From: a bacterium
GTDB lineage: Bacteria > Zhuqueibacterota > Zhuqueibacteria > Residuimicrobiales > Krinioviventaceae
DNA length: 64,000 nucleotides
NCBI GenBank assembly: GCA_963674595.2
Contig: CAXXFV010000027.1
Coordinates: 362,887-426,886, forward strand
Direction: 5' to 3'
A model generated the notes under the pieces. The model was not told the DNA's origin. It was given only the letters and a program-made list of their open reading frames with translations, and ran no database searches. The position numbers and the translations under genes were made by a program. Positions 1 to 9,771 of the stretch are shown here, piece after piece (within the stretch, counting starts at the first letter, position 1; the number at the start of each line of letters is the position of its first letter).

Positions 1-427
1 CCCATCCGTCCGGTTTAACAAGCGGCGCCTCATAACCGGGTACTCCAACGGGAGCAAAATGCCAGCCGACACCACCTGCCTGGGTCCAGAGTGGAAACGG
101 CCAGCCTTCGCTGTGAGCAAGGCCATCGTGCTGTTGAGTATGTACATACCCGTCAGAACCAATAATTCGCTCAGCAAAGGCATCAGACCACATTTGGTCC
201 ATATTTTTACCGGTGGCCGGCCATAGTGTGGACATGGGCATCCACTCATCCCATAAGGCAATCAACGGTTTGGCCGGTTCGTAATATAGCCAATACATTG
301 CGCGTAAAGATTTCATTTCATGCTCATAACCAGGAACAATAAAAGAAGGAAAATCTTTGGGAATCGGTGATGAAAATGCTACAGCCCCCATACACAAAAA
401 CATAAAAAATGTTCTAACTATGGACAT
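1..427 (-). CDS. Secreted hypothetical protein, N-terminal part only (runs off the window edge; not in the ORF track)
   Basis: Manual translation from ATG at 427: MSIVRTFFMFLCMGAVAFSSPIPKDFPSFIVPGYEHEMKSLRAMYWLYY...GYVHTQQHDGLAHSEGWPFPLWTQAGGVGWHF, open to position 1. GGAGG RBS just upstream; signal-peptide-like N-terminus. Confidence 0.8.
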   Translation of the reverse strand, partial: MSIVRTFFMFLCMGAVAFSSPIPKDFPSFIVPGYEHEMKSLRAMYWLYYEPAKPLIALWDEWMPMSTLWPATGKNMDQMWSDAFAERIIGSDGYVHTQQHDGLAHSEGWPFPLWTQAGGVGWHFAPVGVPGYEAPLVKPDGW

Positions 428-549
428 TTTATCCTCCGGTTACTTTTTACACAATAATTTATATAAAAATTAAAAAAACGTCTTTTTGCCACAAAAATTT
501 TCCTTAAAATTCATCTTTACATAAAGATATGTTCTTGCCTATTGACCTG

Positions 550-2676
550 TCAATCTTGTTTCTTATATTTGATCAAAGCCGAGCCTGGTTGTTTGGTAAT
601 GCTGACCAACAGCCCTGTTTCGACAAGCTCTTTTCCTAAAATCTTATCCTGTTTACCGGTATCAACATCCGTTACAACATACTGTGCATCCGGCTGCAAA
701 CCGGTTAATTGCAAACGGGATGATTCATAAACACTGTTTTCCCTGCGAAAAGCCTGAATCATTCCTTCTCCTTTTTCAGGCAGATCAAACTGCCAGGCAA
801 GCCAGGCCGTGTTTTCCTGACTATAGGGCGTCAGCGGATAATAATCACCGTAATAATATTTCTGAACATCAGCATATTGTTTTAAAACATCTTTGGTTTC
901 CTGGGATTTATCGCCTTGATTGGGGTCCCATAATTGAACACTCAGTCCCGCTGTCATAATACTGCGAATTTCATATTCATTGCCCTTTGCCAGCATGGCA
1001 CTTCGTCCGGCAGTATGTAAAGGCACCCAATGGAACAGACCAAAGCTATGGCATTGCGCATGAATAGCGCTTCGTCCCCAGTCAGTACGGTGCAGGGGAA
1101 CACTTCGTCCGATTGTTTCCAGATCAATCCGCCTGCCGCCGCTGGCGCAATTGTCTATTTGTAAATGCGGAAAACGTGCCAACAAGTCATCCCAAAATTT
1201 ATAGAGACCTTCAATATAACGAATTTCCGTCATACCCTGCCGATCAATCTCATCCGCTTCATGCCAGTATTCTATCGGAGCGATGTTGGCATCTTCACGA
1301 TACCAGTCCAGGCCCCATTCGTTAATTTTTTGAGAAAGAAAATCGGTTAAAAACTTCCGTGCATCGTCATTTCCCAGGTTTAACAGCAGTTCATGTTCGG
1401 TCATTTGACTGCGACGACTTTCGCAATGAATCCATTGCGGATCATCATGAGGGACCGGCCAGTCCGTACCTGTTCGCCACTGCTGATAACGTTCCATTGC
1501 GTTATTCAGTTCCAAAGTCCATCCCTCTTTATTCTTGAACTGATACCAGGGTGTTCCTTTACATATTCTGAATAGTTCAAACCAGAGTAAAAAATCCCGA
1601 TCTGACTTGTGCAGCTTTTGTGTGAAAGGTTGAAATTCCTGTGGATATAAATTATGTTTTACCTGCCAATCTCCGGCTTGTGATCTCCATTCACTTTTTC
1701 CGAACCATTCAGCATCAATCCAGTAAAGCTGAACAGGGATGTCGTAATCAATAATTTTATTAATGTGTTTAAAGTGCTCTTCAGCGGTCCAGCCTCCCCA
1801 TGTTGCCAAAATAACCGGCAATGTCATGGGCTTGCCATTAACCTGCGGGCGGTGATGCGTTAAAATAAACCGACGTAACAGATTATTTCCGCGCAGCCAT
1901 TGTCGCTCCGGTGCAACTGTAGAGTTCCCCTGCCAAAACATAAGTAAAATTCTGGGCGTGCGTATTTCCTCACCAGGGTGCAGTTTTAAATGCGTTAATG
2001 CCATACCCGATTGCATAAATACGTTGTCTTTGACACTACGCTTAAAGTTTGCCGCCCACTCGCCTGTCCAGCCGACTCCTAAAATCGTACCTTTTGAACC
2101 CATATCAATGTTAAAAAACGGTAAAATTTCACTTGAAGAACGACCGCCACCGGGTTGAAGATGAATATTGGTATTTGTCTCCAGTTTTTTCTCAACCGGT
2201 TCATAATCCTGGATACAGCACAAAGCCCCCTTTGAATAATGCAAAACCGGGGTTGTTTCAGCTACAATCAGACTGTCACTCAACGGCATAATGTTATCAA
2301 TAATCGGCGTATCTTTTTTACCGGTATTTTTCAAATGCAAAACCCATTCAATAGCCGGAAAATCACGGTAGATAGTCGCTTCGACAGTCACCTTGAGTCC
2401 CGATTGCGAATCTGTAAATGAAATTGTTTTTAACGTCCGATTTTCATCCAGCTTACGGGAGTCAGCTCTCTTTTTCCAATTACCAATAATGTCAGAAGAG
2501 TATTGACCGTTCAAGATAAAAGAAAACGGCATTTCAGAAACATCGGTTCCCAAATTTTCTTCAACCCAGTTCTCAAGTTGGATCATCTCTTCAGGAGAAG
2601 CCGTAACCGCCCACACAGCTTTAGATGTAACACAAAGCATTGATAAAACAAACAATAAAACTAATTTTTTTTTCAT
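550..2676 (-). CDS. Glycoside hydrolase family 36 (alpha-galactosidase-like), secreted
   Basis: 708 aa with signal peptide; GH36-type motifs YWIDAEWF, LWFE, YRED and IDNCASGGRRIDLE; C-terminal beta-sandwich (LTGLQPDAQYVV). Confidence 0.85.
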   Translation of the reverse strand: MKKKLVLLFVLSMLCVTSKAVWAVTASPEEMIQLENWVEENLGTDVSEMPFSFILNGQYSSDIIGNWKKRADSRKLDENRTLKTISFTDSQSGLKVTVEATIYRDFPAIEWVLHLKNTGKKDTPIIDNIMPLSDSLIVAETTPVLHYSKGALCCIQDYEPVEKKLETNTNIHLQPGGGRSSSEILPFFNIDMGSKGTILGVGWTGEWAANFKRSVKDNVFMQSGMALTHLKLHPGEEIRTPRILLMFWQGNSTVAPERQWLRGNNLLRRFILTHHRPQVNGKPMTLPVILATWGGWTAEEHFKHINKIIDYDIPVQLYWIDAEWFGKSEWRSQAGDWQVKHNLYPQEFQPFTQKLHKSDRDFLLWFELFRICKGTPWYQFKNKEGWTLELNNAMERYQQWRTGTDWPVPHDDPQWIHCESRRSQMTEHELLLNLGNDDARKFLTDFLSQKINEWGLDWYREDANIAPIEYWHEADEIDRQGMTEIRYIEGLYKFWDDLLARFPHLQIDNCASGGRRIDLETIGRSVPLHRTDWGRSAIHAQCHSFGLFHWVPLHTAGRSAMLAKGNEYEIRSIMTAGLSVQLWDPNQGDKSQETKDVLKQYADVQKYYYGDYYPLTPYSQENTAWLAWQFDLPEKGEGMIQAFRRENSVYESSRLQLTGLQPDAQYVVTDVDTGKQDKILGKELVETGLLVSITKQPGSALIKYKKQD

Positions 2677-2789
2677 TGTTCCGTATCTCCTTTGTATATC
2701 GATTTACAAAATTTTAATTTTTAAAAATATGCAATAGTCTAAACGTTATATAATATAATATATTACACAATTTCACTTGAAACAGGATA

Positions 2790-4799
2790 CTATTTCACCA
2801 AAACCATTTTCCTCATTTGAACATCTGATCCGGCTTTAATACGGTAAAAGTAAACACCGCTGGGAAATTGGGCCGCGTTCCAGTTAATTTGATACTCACC
2901 GGCATTTTGAGCTTTATCCAATAAAACAGCAACCTGACGACCCAAGAGATCATATATTGTCAGGTTTACCGGACCGGAAGCGGCAAGACTGTATTGGATT
3001 GTTGTATTTGGATTAAAAGGATTCGGATAATTTTGTTGTAATGCAAACCCATGAATCAGGCTATTTTCCTTAGTAACTGACGTCAGTGTTGAAAAATCAA
3101 TCTCTTCAACATATTGGGGAATATATCCGCTGACACCATCCTGATCCTCAGCCTGAATCATAATATCATAAACAGAGGAATAATCCTGTAATGGTAATGA
3201 CAGCGAAAAAGAGCCCTGATTTCTTTTCATTGAAAATTTACTATACTCAGAATTATTGGTTTCTTTAATGAAAAAATCAACAATTCCGTTCTTATTAATG
3301 TCACCGGACAGCGGCAATTGAAAACGGACAGAGTCGGTTTCCTTAATTGTATTGAGTTTGTGCAGCGTTAACTCATTGGAATAAAGATTTTGAAAAGCAT
3401 AGGTTAAAACATTGGTCGAATTTTCAATTGACTGATCTACCGGGAAATTTGGTTTGTGACTTATATAATTAACATCCTCATCAAAAAAATAAATTTTTGC
3501 CAAATCAACATTAATTATAGTTCCATCATTTCCGTTAGAAGTTATTTTCAGTGAATCGATCGTGCCCAGATCAATAAAATCCGGCATAACAACGGATTGC
3601 CAATGTTCACCATTTCCGGCAGTTACCTGCCTGCCATACCATTTTTCATCGTCTTTTAATTTAACATAAAAGCCTAAATTTCGTCCCGTATTATTTGAAA
3701 CAGAATAATTAAAAAACAAATGATATACCGGATCAGTAAATTCAAAACTATCAGGATCATGATGATAGCCGCTATCAAAAACACGGGGTGAATTCTCATG
3801 TCGTCCGGCATAACAGTACATTCCATAATCCCTGCGAATTTCTTTAATCCATATTTCCATTATTTCCGGATGAGAGTCATAAAAAGAATGATATTCAGAA
3901 CTTATAAATGGTAGAATAAACTGCGGATACCTGTTTTTCTCCTCACCTATACCAAATCCATAGGAAAAATTATTATTTGAACTCCCTACTTTGATTGTTG
4001 GATGATAATTTCTCAATGCACGACTATAATTACGTTTATGATGCCCGGTACCCTGATAATACTTTTCAATAAATTTCAAACTATCATCAGAAACATCAAT
4101 CGTAACATCCCAATACCATTCCACATCCAATGAACTGGCGCGGTCACTCCAAAATTGCTCATAGTCCTGATTTGCTACCGGTTGCCCCATATGTCCGGTA
4201 TCGTGGGAAAAAATAATATTGTTGTAATAGCGCCGAACAGGAGTATTCTCAGGCTGTTGATAATAAACAACAAGAGGGATATCATCTTTGGAATATATCT
4301 TGTACGTGTTTAAATAGGGCATCAATAAACACGGATAAAAATACGGATTATCCGGTTTTACCAATGCTATTTTTATAGAATCTATTCTAACGAATTCAGC
4401 GTCTGGTGAAGATTTTTCTTTATTAAAAATAATGTCTATATAGTGCTCGCCGGCGCCAAGTTCCCATAAATAACGCGGATATTCATACTTTTTTCTTCCC
4501 ATAAATGTGATTACGACCTGTCGTGTAAACTCAATATCATCTACACAAAAATCACACACAGCGCTTTCGTTATTATATTCCTGCCAGTCCGTATCAGATG
4601 ACATAACAAATCCAGCCAATACAGCGCCACTATCCGGGATTGAAAAATAAAATCTCATGGAATCGTCTTCTGCTGTCAATTTTTCACCGACATAATAAGA
4701 AACAAACTCCTGATTATAATAATCTGCATAGGTATATCCGGCAGCAAAAAATAAAATCAGAGTCATAATACCATAAACTCGATATGTAATATGTTTCAT
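2790..4799 (-). CDS. Secreted protein of unknown function with T9SS type-A-like C-terminal sorting tail
   Basis: 669 aa; signal peptide; ends FALQQNYPNPFNP...GVYFYRIKAG...RKMVLVK. Confidence 0.8.
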   Translation of the reverse strand: MKHITYRVYGIMTLILFFAAGYTYADYYNQEFVSYYVGEKLTAEDDSMRFYFSIPDSGAVLAGFVMSSDTDWQEYNNESAVCDFCVDDIEFTRQVVITFMGRKKYEYPRYLWELGAGEHYIDIIFNKEKSSPDAEFVRIDSIKIALVKPDNPYFYPCLLMPYLNTYKIYSKDDIPLVVYYQQPENTPVRRYYNNIIFSHDTGHMGQPVANQDYEQFWSDRASSLDVEWYWDVTIDVSDDSLKFIEKYYQGTGHHKRNYSRALRNYHPTIKVGSSNNNFSYGFGIGEEKNRYPQFILPFISSEYHSFYDSHPEIMEIWIKEIRRDYGMYCYAGRHENSPRVFDSGYHHDPDSFEFTDPVYHLFFNYSVSNNTGRNLGFYVKLKDDEKWYGRQVTAGNGEHWQSVVMPDFIDLGTIDSLKITSNGNDGTIINVDLAKIYFFDEDVNYISHKPNFPVDQSIENSTNVLTYAFQNLYSNELTLHKLNTIKETDSVRFQLPLSGDINKNGIVDFFIKETNNSEYSKFSMKRNQGSFSLSLPLQDYSSVYDIMIQAEDQDGVSGYIPQYVEEIDFSTLTSVTKENSLIHGFALQQNYPNPFNPNTTIQYSLAASGPVNLTIYDLLGRQVAVLLDKAQNAGEYQINWNAAQFPSGVYFYRIKAGSDVQMRKMVLVK

Positions 4800-4813
4800 T
4801 TTTTTCTTCCTTG

Positions 4814-5059
4814 TTATTTTACCAATACCATTTTCCGTGTCTGAACTTTTGAACCGGCTTTAAGTCTATAAATATATACACCGCTTGGGAACCGAGCAGC
4901 GTTCCAGTCAAGCTGAAATTCGCCGGCCTTTTGATTTTTATCGACGAGAACAGCCACCTGACGGCCTAATAAATCATAAACTGTCAGGTTTACATGCCCT
5001 GCACGGGACAAGCTGTAATTGATTTTCGTTACCGGATTGAATGGATTGGGATAGTTTTG
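4814..5059 (-). repeat. Near-identical C-terminal sorting-domain sequence, copy A (partner 7113..7358)
   Basis: Ungapped 246-bp match at offset 2299; 75 of the 81 terminal residues identical. Confidence 0.85.
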
Positions 5060-7105
5060 CTCTAAATCAAAAGCAAGGGGGATACTTGTCTTGGTGGAAT
5101 TTTTAACATCGGTCGTCTGACCAACTTTGAACAAAGTTCCTCCACCTGGCAAAAAATCAAAAACAAATGTTGATCCTTCGACAGAATTTTCAATTTGAAT
5201 ATCCTGCCACTGTCCTGTTACAACATTAAAATATGCAGCACTTTCTACGTTTCGGTTCAATATAACCTGAAGTGATTTGTCTTCATCATAATTTCTGTTC
5301 ATTAGCATAAAATATTCTTGCTCTTCTTTATCCTTAAAAAATCCAACCATAAACGGACTTTCGGGTGTGATTGATTTAAGCAAACATTGGTCTGGTAAAA
5401 TTTTACAGCCAAGCGGCACCTGACTCAGATGATACGTTCCTGTAGATGTTAAATTCATTAAAACAGGTCCCAAAGCTCTGATCTCAGAATTTAGACTTTG
5501 GATAGCGGCATAGGCTTCTTCCTTTTCAGGTGATGTCATAATACCATAAGAACCCGCCCATGCAAAATAGGTAATCCCCCTGGTTCCATAAGCCAAAGAA
5601 GAATAAACCAGCCATCGATATTCATTTTTATTCAGTTTTCGCCATACATCGGGTCTAACCTGGCTATTAATTGCCTGAATGATAATACAAAAGGGAACAT
5701 CGTATAAAAGTGCATATTTTCTTATAATTTCAAGGTTCATAAAATAATCAATTCCATCCGGCGGAGTGACAAAGAAATTATAATGATCATAAGACAAAAC
5801 TTCAGGTTTTACAATTTCCATAAACTGTTTCACATGTTCATCATAACCCGATGTACCTAATTGTTCGTTGCTGGCATACGTGGGAAAAAGATTAATAAAG
5901 GAGACCCGTTCAGGATCACGTTTTCGGATATAGGAAACAACCTTGCCGAGATTTTCAAAAGCTTTGGCATTTGGTTCATCAACAACGTGATGACCTATAA
6001 TGTGATCAATATCTTTAAATTCATTTAAAACAGGATCCAAAACACTTAAATCTTCGTCCATTATTGGTTCAGGAACTAAATTATCTCTGGCGGCAAAATC
6101 TCCGGGTATTTTTGAATAAATATTTAAAAAACAATCCATTCCATAATTTTTTACAAAGTCTACCTGAGACAGATCAGTATTCACACGGTTAATAGTATTA
6201 AAATTTGCAGCATAATACTCATCATAATCTTCGGTTGTTTGTGCAGGAGCACTCCACGCAGAGATAATAAAAGAATCCTGTTTCCAATACAAATCAGTAA
6301 AATCAGCTTTAATAATAGCGTCTGTTGTGTCTGAGGTGTCGGAAAAAATATTTAGATTAATTTCAAGTTCTCCAGTGACCGGACAAGCAATCGTCCACAT
6401 TAAAGAATCTACGTTGTTAATTTCAAGATTATTTTTTGTTGTTATAGATGTACCGGACGTTAAATCTATTTCATCAGGTAATGATAATACAGCTTTATAA
6501 TTTTCAATTAACTTATCGCCGCTATTTGTAATAACCGCTAAAAGAGGAACAGTATCATCCGTTTTAAAAACAGTCCGCAAAGGTTTAAATTCTACATTAA
6601 ATCGTTCTCCCATGGAGACAATCCGGATATAGTCTATATGAAATGTGATACCGGGTGCGCTCGTAAAACTTAGTTTGGTGAAACAAGTAATTTGACTCGT
6701 CCATTTTTCATTATTGACAACCGGAATTTTATACTCATGAAACAAGCTGTCTCCAGCCATTACAAACTGCATGGAACCGGAGGTTCCGGCATCATTGTCC
6801 CAATAAATTTTACCTGTCTTGACACCATTTGCCTTAATCCGAATAAAGACATAGCCATAATCAACGGCGCTAATAGAAAAATCAGGCCCTTTTAGAGCCG
6901 GATTATAACCATTGACGGTTGCATCGAGTGTACTGTCGGAAACAGATACATCAGCAAGTGAACGATTTATCTGCCACCCTTCAGTGTCCCCAGCCGTATT
7001 AAAATCCCAACCCATACCAATTTCCTGAGCAAAACCATTTAATCCAGCAAAAAATAAAAGATAAACCATTACAAACATTTTCAGATAATTCATCATACTC
7101 TCCAT
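4814..7105 (-). CDS. Secreted putative glycoside hydrolase (N-terminal CBM-like domain, TIM-barrel-like core, T9SS-like tail)
   Basis: 763 aa; WDFN..GW N-domain; core motifs VVDEPN, INLFP and LSYDHY; YPNPFNP tail. Family not assignable by eye. Confidence 0.65.
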   Translation of the reverse strand: MESMMNYLKMFVMVYLLFFAGLNGFAQEIGMGWDFNTAGDTEGWQINRSLADVSVSDSTLDATVNGYNPALKGPDFSISAVDYGYVFIRIKANGVKTGKIYWDNDAGTSGSMQFVMAGDSLFHEYKIPVVNNEKWTSQITCFTKLSFTSAPGITFHIDYIRIVSMGERFNVEFKPLRTVFKTDDTVPLLAVITNSGDKLIENYKAVLSLPDEIDLTSGTSITTKNNLEINNVDSLMWTIACPVTGELEINLNIFSDTSDTTDAIIKADFTDLYWKQDSFIISAWSAPAQTTEDYDEYYAANFNTINRVNTDLSQVDFVKNYGMDCFLNIYSKIPGDFAARDNLVPEPIMDEDLSVLDPVLNEFKDIDHIIGHHVVDEPNAKAFENLGKVVSYIRKRDPERVSFINLFPTYASNEQLGTSGYDEHVKQFMEIVKPEVLSYDHYNFFVTPPDGIDYFMNLEIIRKYALLYDVPFCIIIQAINSQVRPDVWRKLNKNEYRWLVYSSLAYGTRGITYFAWAGSYGIMTSPEKEEAYAAIQSLNSEIRALGPVLMNLTSTGTYHLSQVPLGCKILPDQCLLKSITPESPFMVGFFKDKEEQEYFMLMNRNYDEDKSLQVILNRNVESAAYFNVVTGQWQDIQIENSVEGSTFVFDFLPGGGTLFKVGQTTDVKNSTKTSIPLAFDLEQNYPNPFNPVTKINYSLSRAGHVNLTVYDLLGRQVAVLVDKNQKAGEFQLDWNAARFPSGVYIYRLKAGSKVQTRKMVLVK

Positions 7106-7112
7106 TAAATAA

Positions 7113-7358
7113 TTATTTCACCAATACCATTTTCCGTGTCTGAACTTTTGAACCTGTTTTAAGACGATAAATATAAACACCGCTTGGGAATTGAACAGCG
7201 CTCCAGTCAAGCTGAAATTCGCCGGCTTTTTGATTTTTATCCACAAGAACTGCGACCTGACGACCCAATAAATCATAAACGGTCAATTTTACATGTCCTG
7301 CATGGGACAAGCTGTAATTAATTTTCGTAACCGGATTAAATGGATTGGGATAGTTTTG
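7113..7358 (-). repeat. Near-identical C-terminal sorting-domain sequence, copy B (partner 4814..5059)
   Basis: See copy A. Confidence 0.85.
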
Positions 7359-9410
7359 GTAGAGCCGAAAGGTTGTAGACAGGGTTTTTGAGTTTTCATC
7401 TACAAACGTATTTTCGTTACCAATTTTAAATAAAGCGCCGCCACCAGCTAAAAAACTGAAATTAAATGATGAACCACTGATAGTATTAGTTAGAGGGATA
7501 CTTGCCCATTCACCTGCATCTATATTATAATAATAAAGGTCATCGATGGTTTTGTTCAAAGTAATTGTTGTTGAAACACTATCCTGATAATCCTTATTAG
7601 TTAATATCATATAATCTGCATGTTTATCATCTTGGAACATACCAACAACCAGATCCGCATTGTTGGAAGCGGTTTGTACAAAAGCATCAGACGGCATTTC
7701 ACTACAACTATAAGGAGTATTTAAAATATGATATATTGATGTTGAAGTTAATGGAAGAATATAGGGGCCCAACGCATTTATTTCTTGATTAAGCTTGCGA
7801 AAACCAGGTAAAAGCTCAGTACAATTAGGCTGTTCCATAAATCCCCAGTTATTCCAGTACAAAATAAAATGATGAAAACCTTTAACGCCATAAGCTAAAG
7901 ATGTATAAATTTGAAATCTGATTTCATCTATAGTCGGCATCCTTAAATTATACTCAGCACTTCCATAGATTTGAATACAATTAAAATGTGGAATATCGTA
8001 TAACAAAGCATATTTACGATAAACTTGCATATTCTTATAAAAACTGTTATCGAATGGATGATTTGCGTAATCCGTAAAAGGATAGAGATTATAACTTAAA
8101 ATGTCAGGTTGGACTTGATCAATAAATTTTTCTACATATCCATCTTCACCTCCCCACACATTACTGAAAAAATCTCCACTTGTTGCCAAAATACTTATAA
8201 AACTCATTTTTTCAGGGGCAATTTTTCTAAGGTATTGTACAGCTTTATTTAGATTTTTATACCCATATCCTTCCCTGTTTGGTTCATCACACAAAAAATA
8301 ACCAATTATGGAAGGATTGTCCTTAAATTTATCAATAACAGGATTAAATTTAGCCAAAGCTTCATCACTAACATCGTCAATCGGTTCTCCGGTATTCGGA
8401 TATTGCCAGTGGTATCCAGCAAGATAGCCAATTCTGACCAAACTCCGCATATTATTTTCTGCAAAAAGATTGATAGATTCTTCATCATACGGTAAAACTT
8501 GTGAAAAATCATAAATACCAGTTTTCTGATAAGCTGTTACTAACGAGTCTCGTCCAATTGTGGACAAGGGTACACCCCAATTTGACACCCAAATTTTATC
8601 ATACACCCAATATTTTTCCTGAACATAAAAACTGATACTTTTTTCCACAGTATCTTTTAAACTGCATATCCTTAATGTAACAGTATAATCTCCCTCTATA
8701 TAAGCCTTAACATTCCATATTAAGGTGTCCTTCGCCCCCACTTCCATAGTTGTATATTCACTTTCACCTTCTATAGAGACCAGGTCCATCCCTTCCGGCA
8801 TTAAAAGTTCCAATCTGACGAATCCGCTGTCTTTATCACCTGTGCTTTTTAACCTGGTTAACAAAGGTATTTCATGGTCTTTTTTAAATACCGTTCTCAA
8901 AGGTTTAAAAGTAGTCGCTTCCAGCCACAAACCTTTGCTCATAATTTTAATAAAATCAATCTCTACACAAGCTGGACCATTCGTCCAAAATGAAACCTGC
9001 AAGCTCGTTATATTATCCAACCATTTACTTTTTTCATATACGGGTATTTCATAAACATTATACTGACTATCGGAATTCACAGTAAAATATGTGTAGCCAT
9101 ATTTATTTGTATCCGTATACCACGAGACCATACCCCGGGTTATATTTTTTGTTTTCATTCTTATTTTAACGTAACCGAAATCATCCGAATTTACACTAAA
9201 TTCTGAACTTGACAATTTTGCAAAGGACTCTGACGTTTCAGCATATAAATTGCTGTCATTACAGGTAATCTCGCTAAATCCCTGACCATTTTGCCAGCCT
9301 TCAGTATCTCCTGCCGTATTAAAATCCCAACCGACACCTATTTCCTGTGCAAAAACGTTGAATGATAAAACTAGAAAACAACAAACACAAAATTTCAAAA
9401 TATTTTTCAC
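7113..9410 (-). CDS. Paralog of 4814..7105: secreted putative glycoside hydrolase with T9SS-like tail (GTG start)
   Basis: 765 aa; same architecture (FAQEIGVGWDFNTAGDTEGWQ, FLCDEPN, LSYNLYPF, YTSLAYG, YPNPFNP tail); GGAGG RBS upstream. Confidence 0.65.
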   Translation of the reverse strand: MKNILKFCVCCFLVLSFNVFAQEIGVGWDFNTAGDTEGWQNGQGFSEITCNDSNLYAETSESFAKLSSSEFSVNSDDFGYVKIRMKTKNITRGMVSWYTDTNKYGYTYFTVNSDSQYNVYEIPVYEKSKWLDNITSLQVSFWTNGPACVEIDFIKIMSKGLWLEATTFKPLRTVFKKDHEIPLLTRLKSTGDKDSGFVRLELLMPEGMDLVSIEGESEYTTMEVGAKDTLIWNVKAYIEGDYTVTLRICSLKDTVEKSISFYVQEKYWVYDKIWVSNWGVPLSTIGRDSLVTAYQKTGIYDFSQVLPYDEESINLFAENNMRSLVRIGYLAGYHWQYPNTGEPIDDVSDEALAKFNPVIDKFKDNPSIIGYFLCDEPNREGYGYKNLNKAVQYLRKIAPEKMSFISILATSGDFFSNVWGGEDGYVEKFIDQVQPDILSYNLYPFTDYANHPFDNSFYKNMQVYRKYALLYDIPHFNCIQIYGSAEYNLRMPTIDEIRFQIYTSLAYGVKGFHHFILYWNNWGFMEQPNCTELLPGFRKLNQEINALGPYILPLTSTSIYHILNTPYSCSEMPSDAFVQTASNNADLVVGMFQDDKHADYMILTNKDYQDSVSTTITLNKTIDDLYYYNIDAGEWASIPLTNTISGSSFNFSFLAGGGALFKIGNENTFVDENSKTLSTTFRLYQNYPNPFNPVTKINYSLSHAGHVKLTVYDLLGRQVAVLVDKNQKAGEFQLDWSAVQFPSGVYIYRLKTGSKVQTRKMVLVK

Positions 9411-9685
9411 CTAGACCTCCACTAGTCTTTATTCTGTTTTATATAGCCAGTTTTTTAATCCAATAATATCATTCTAGTTGTTACCAATATTTGTTAACGG
9501 ATATGGATTAGCAAAACAGAAAGATCAATTGTCAAACTTGATTTGTTTAACATCATCTTTTCTGATATACTAAAATGATAAAATTTTTGAGTTAATATAT
9601 AGGGTATTATATCTTATTCTAATAATTCAGTAATTTATCAGACTTTAATAACTTGCAGTTGGGTATTATTAACGGGATTTCCGGG

Positions 9686-9750
9686 AAAAAAGTGCCGGTA
9701 AAATTATTATCAAAAGAGTTTGAATAGGTAAGGTGTATTTTACCGGCACT
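9686..9750 (-). terminator. Long-loop stem-loop/terminator downstream of GH92
   Basis: Perfect 14-bp inverted repeat AGTGCCGGTAAAAT (9691-9704) / ATTTTACCGGCACT (9737-9750), 32-nt loop, followed by a U-run on the minus strand. Confidence 0.7.
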
Positions 9751-9771
9751 GGAACTTTTTTTTTATAGAAA

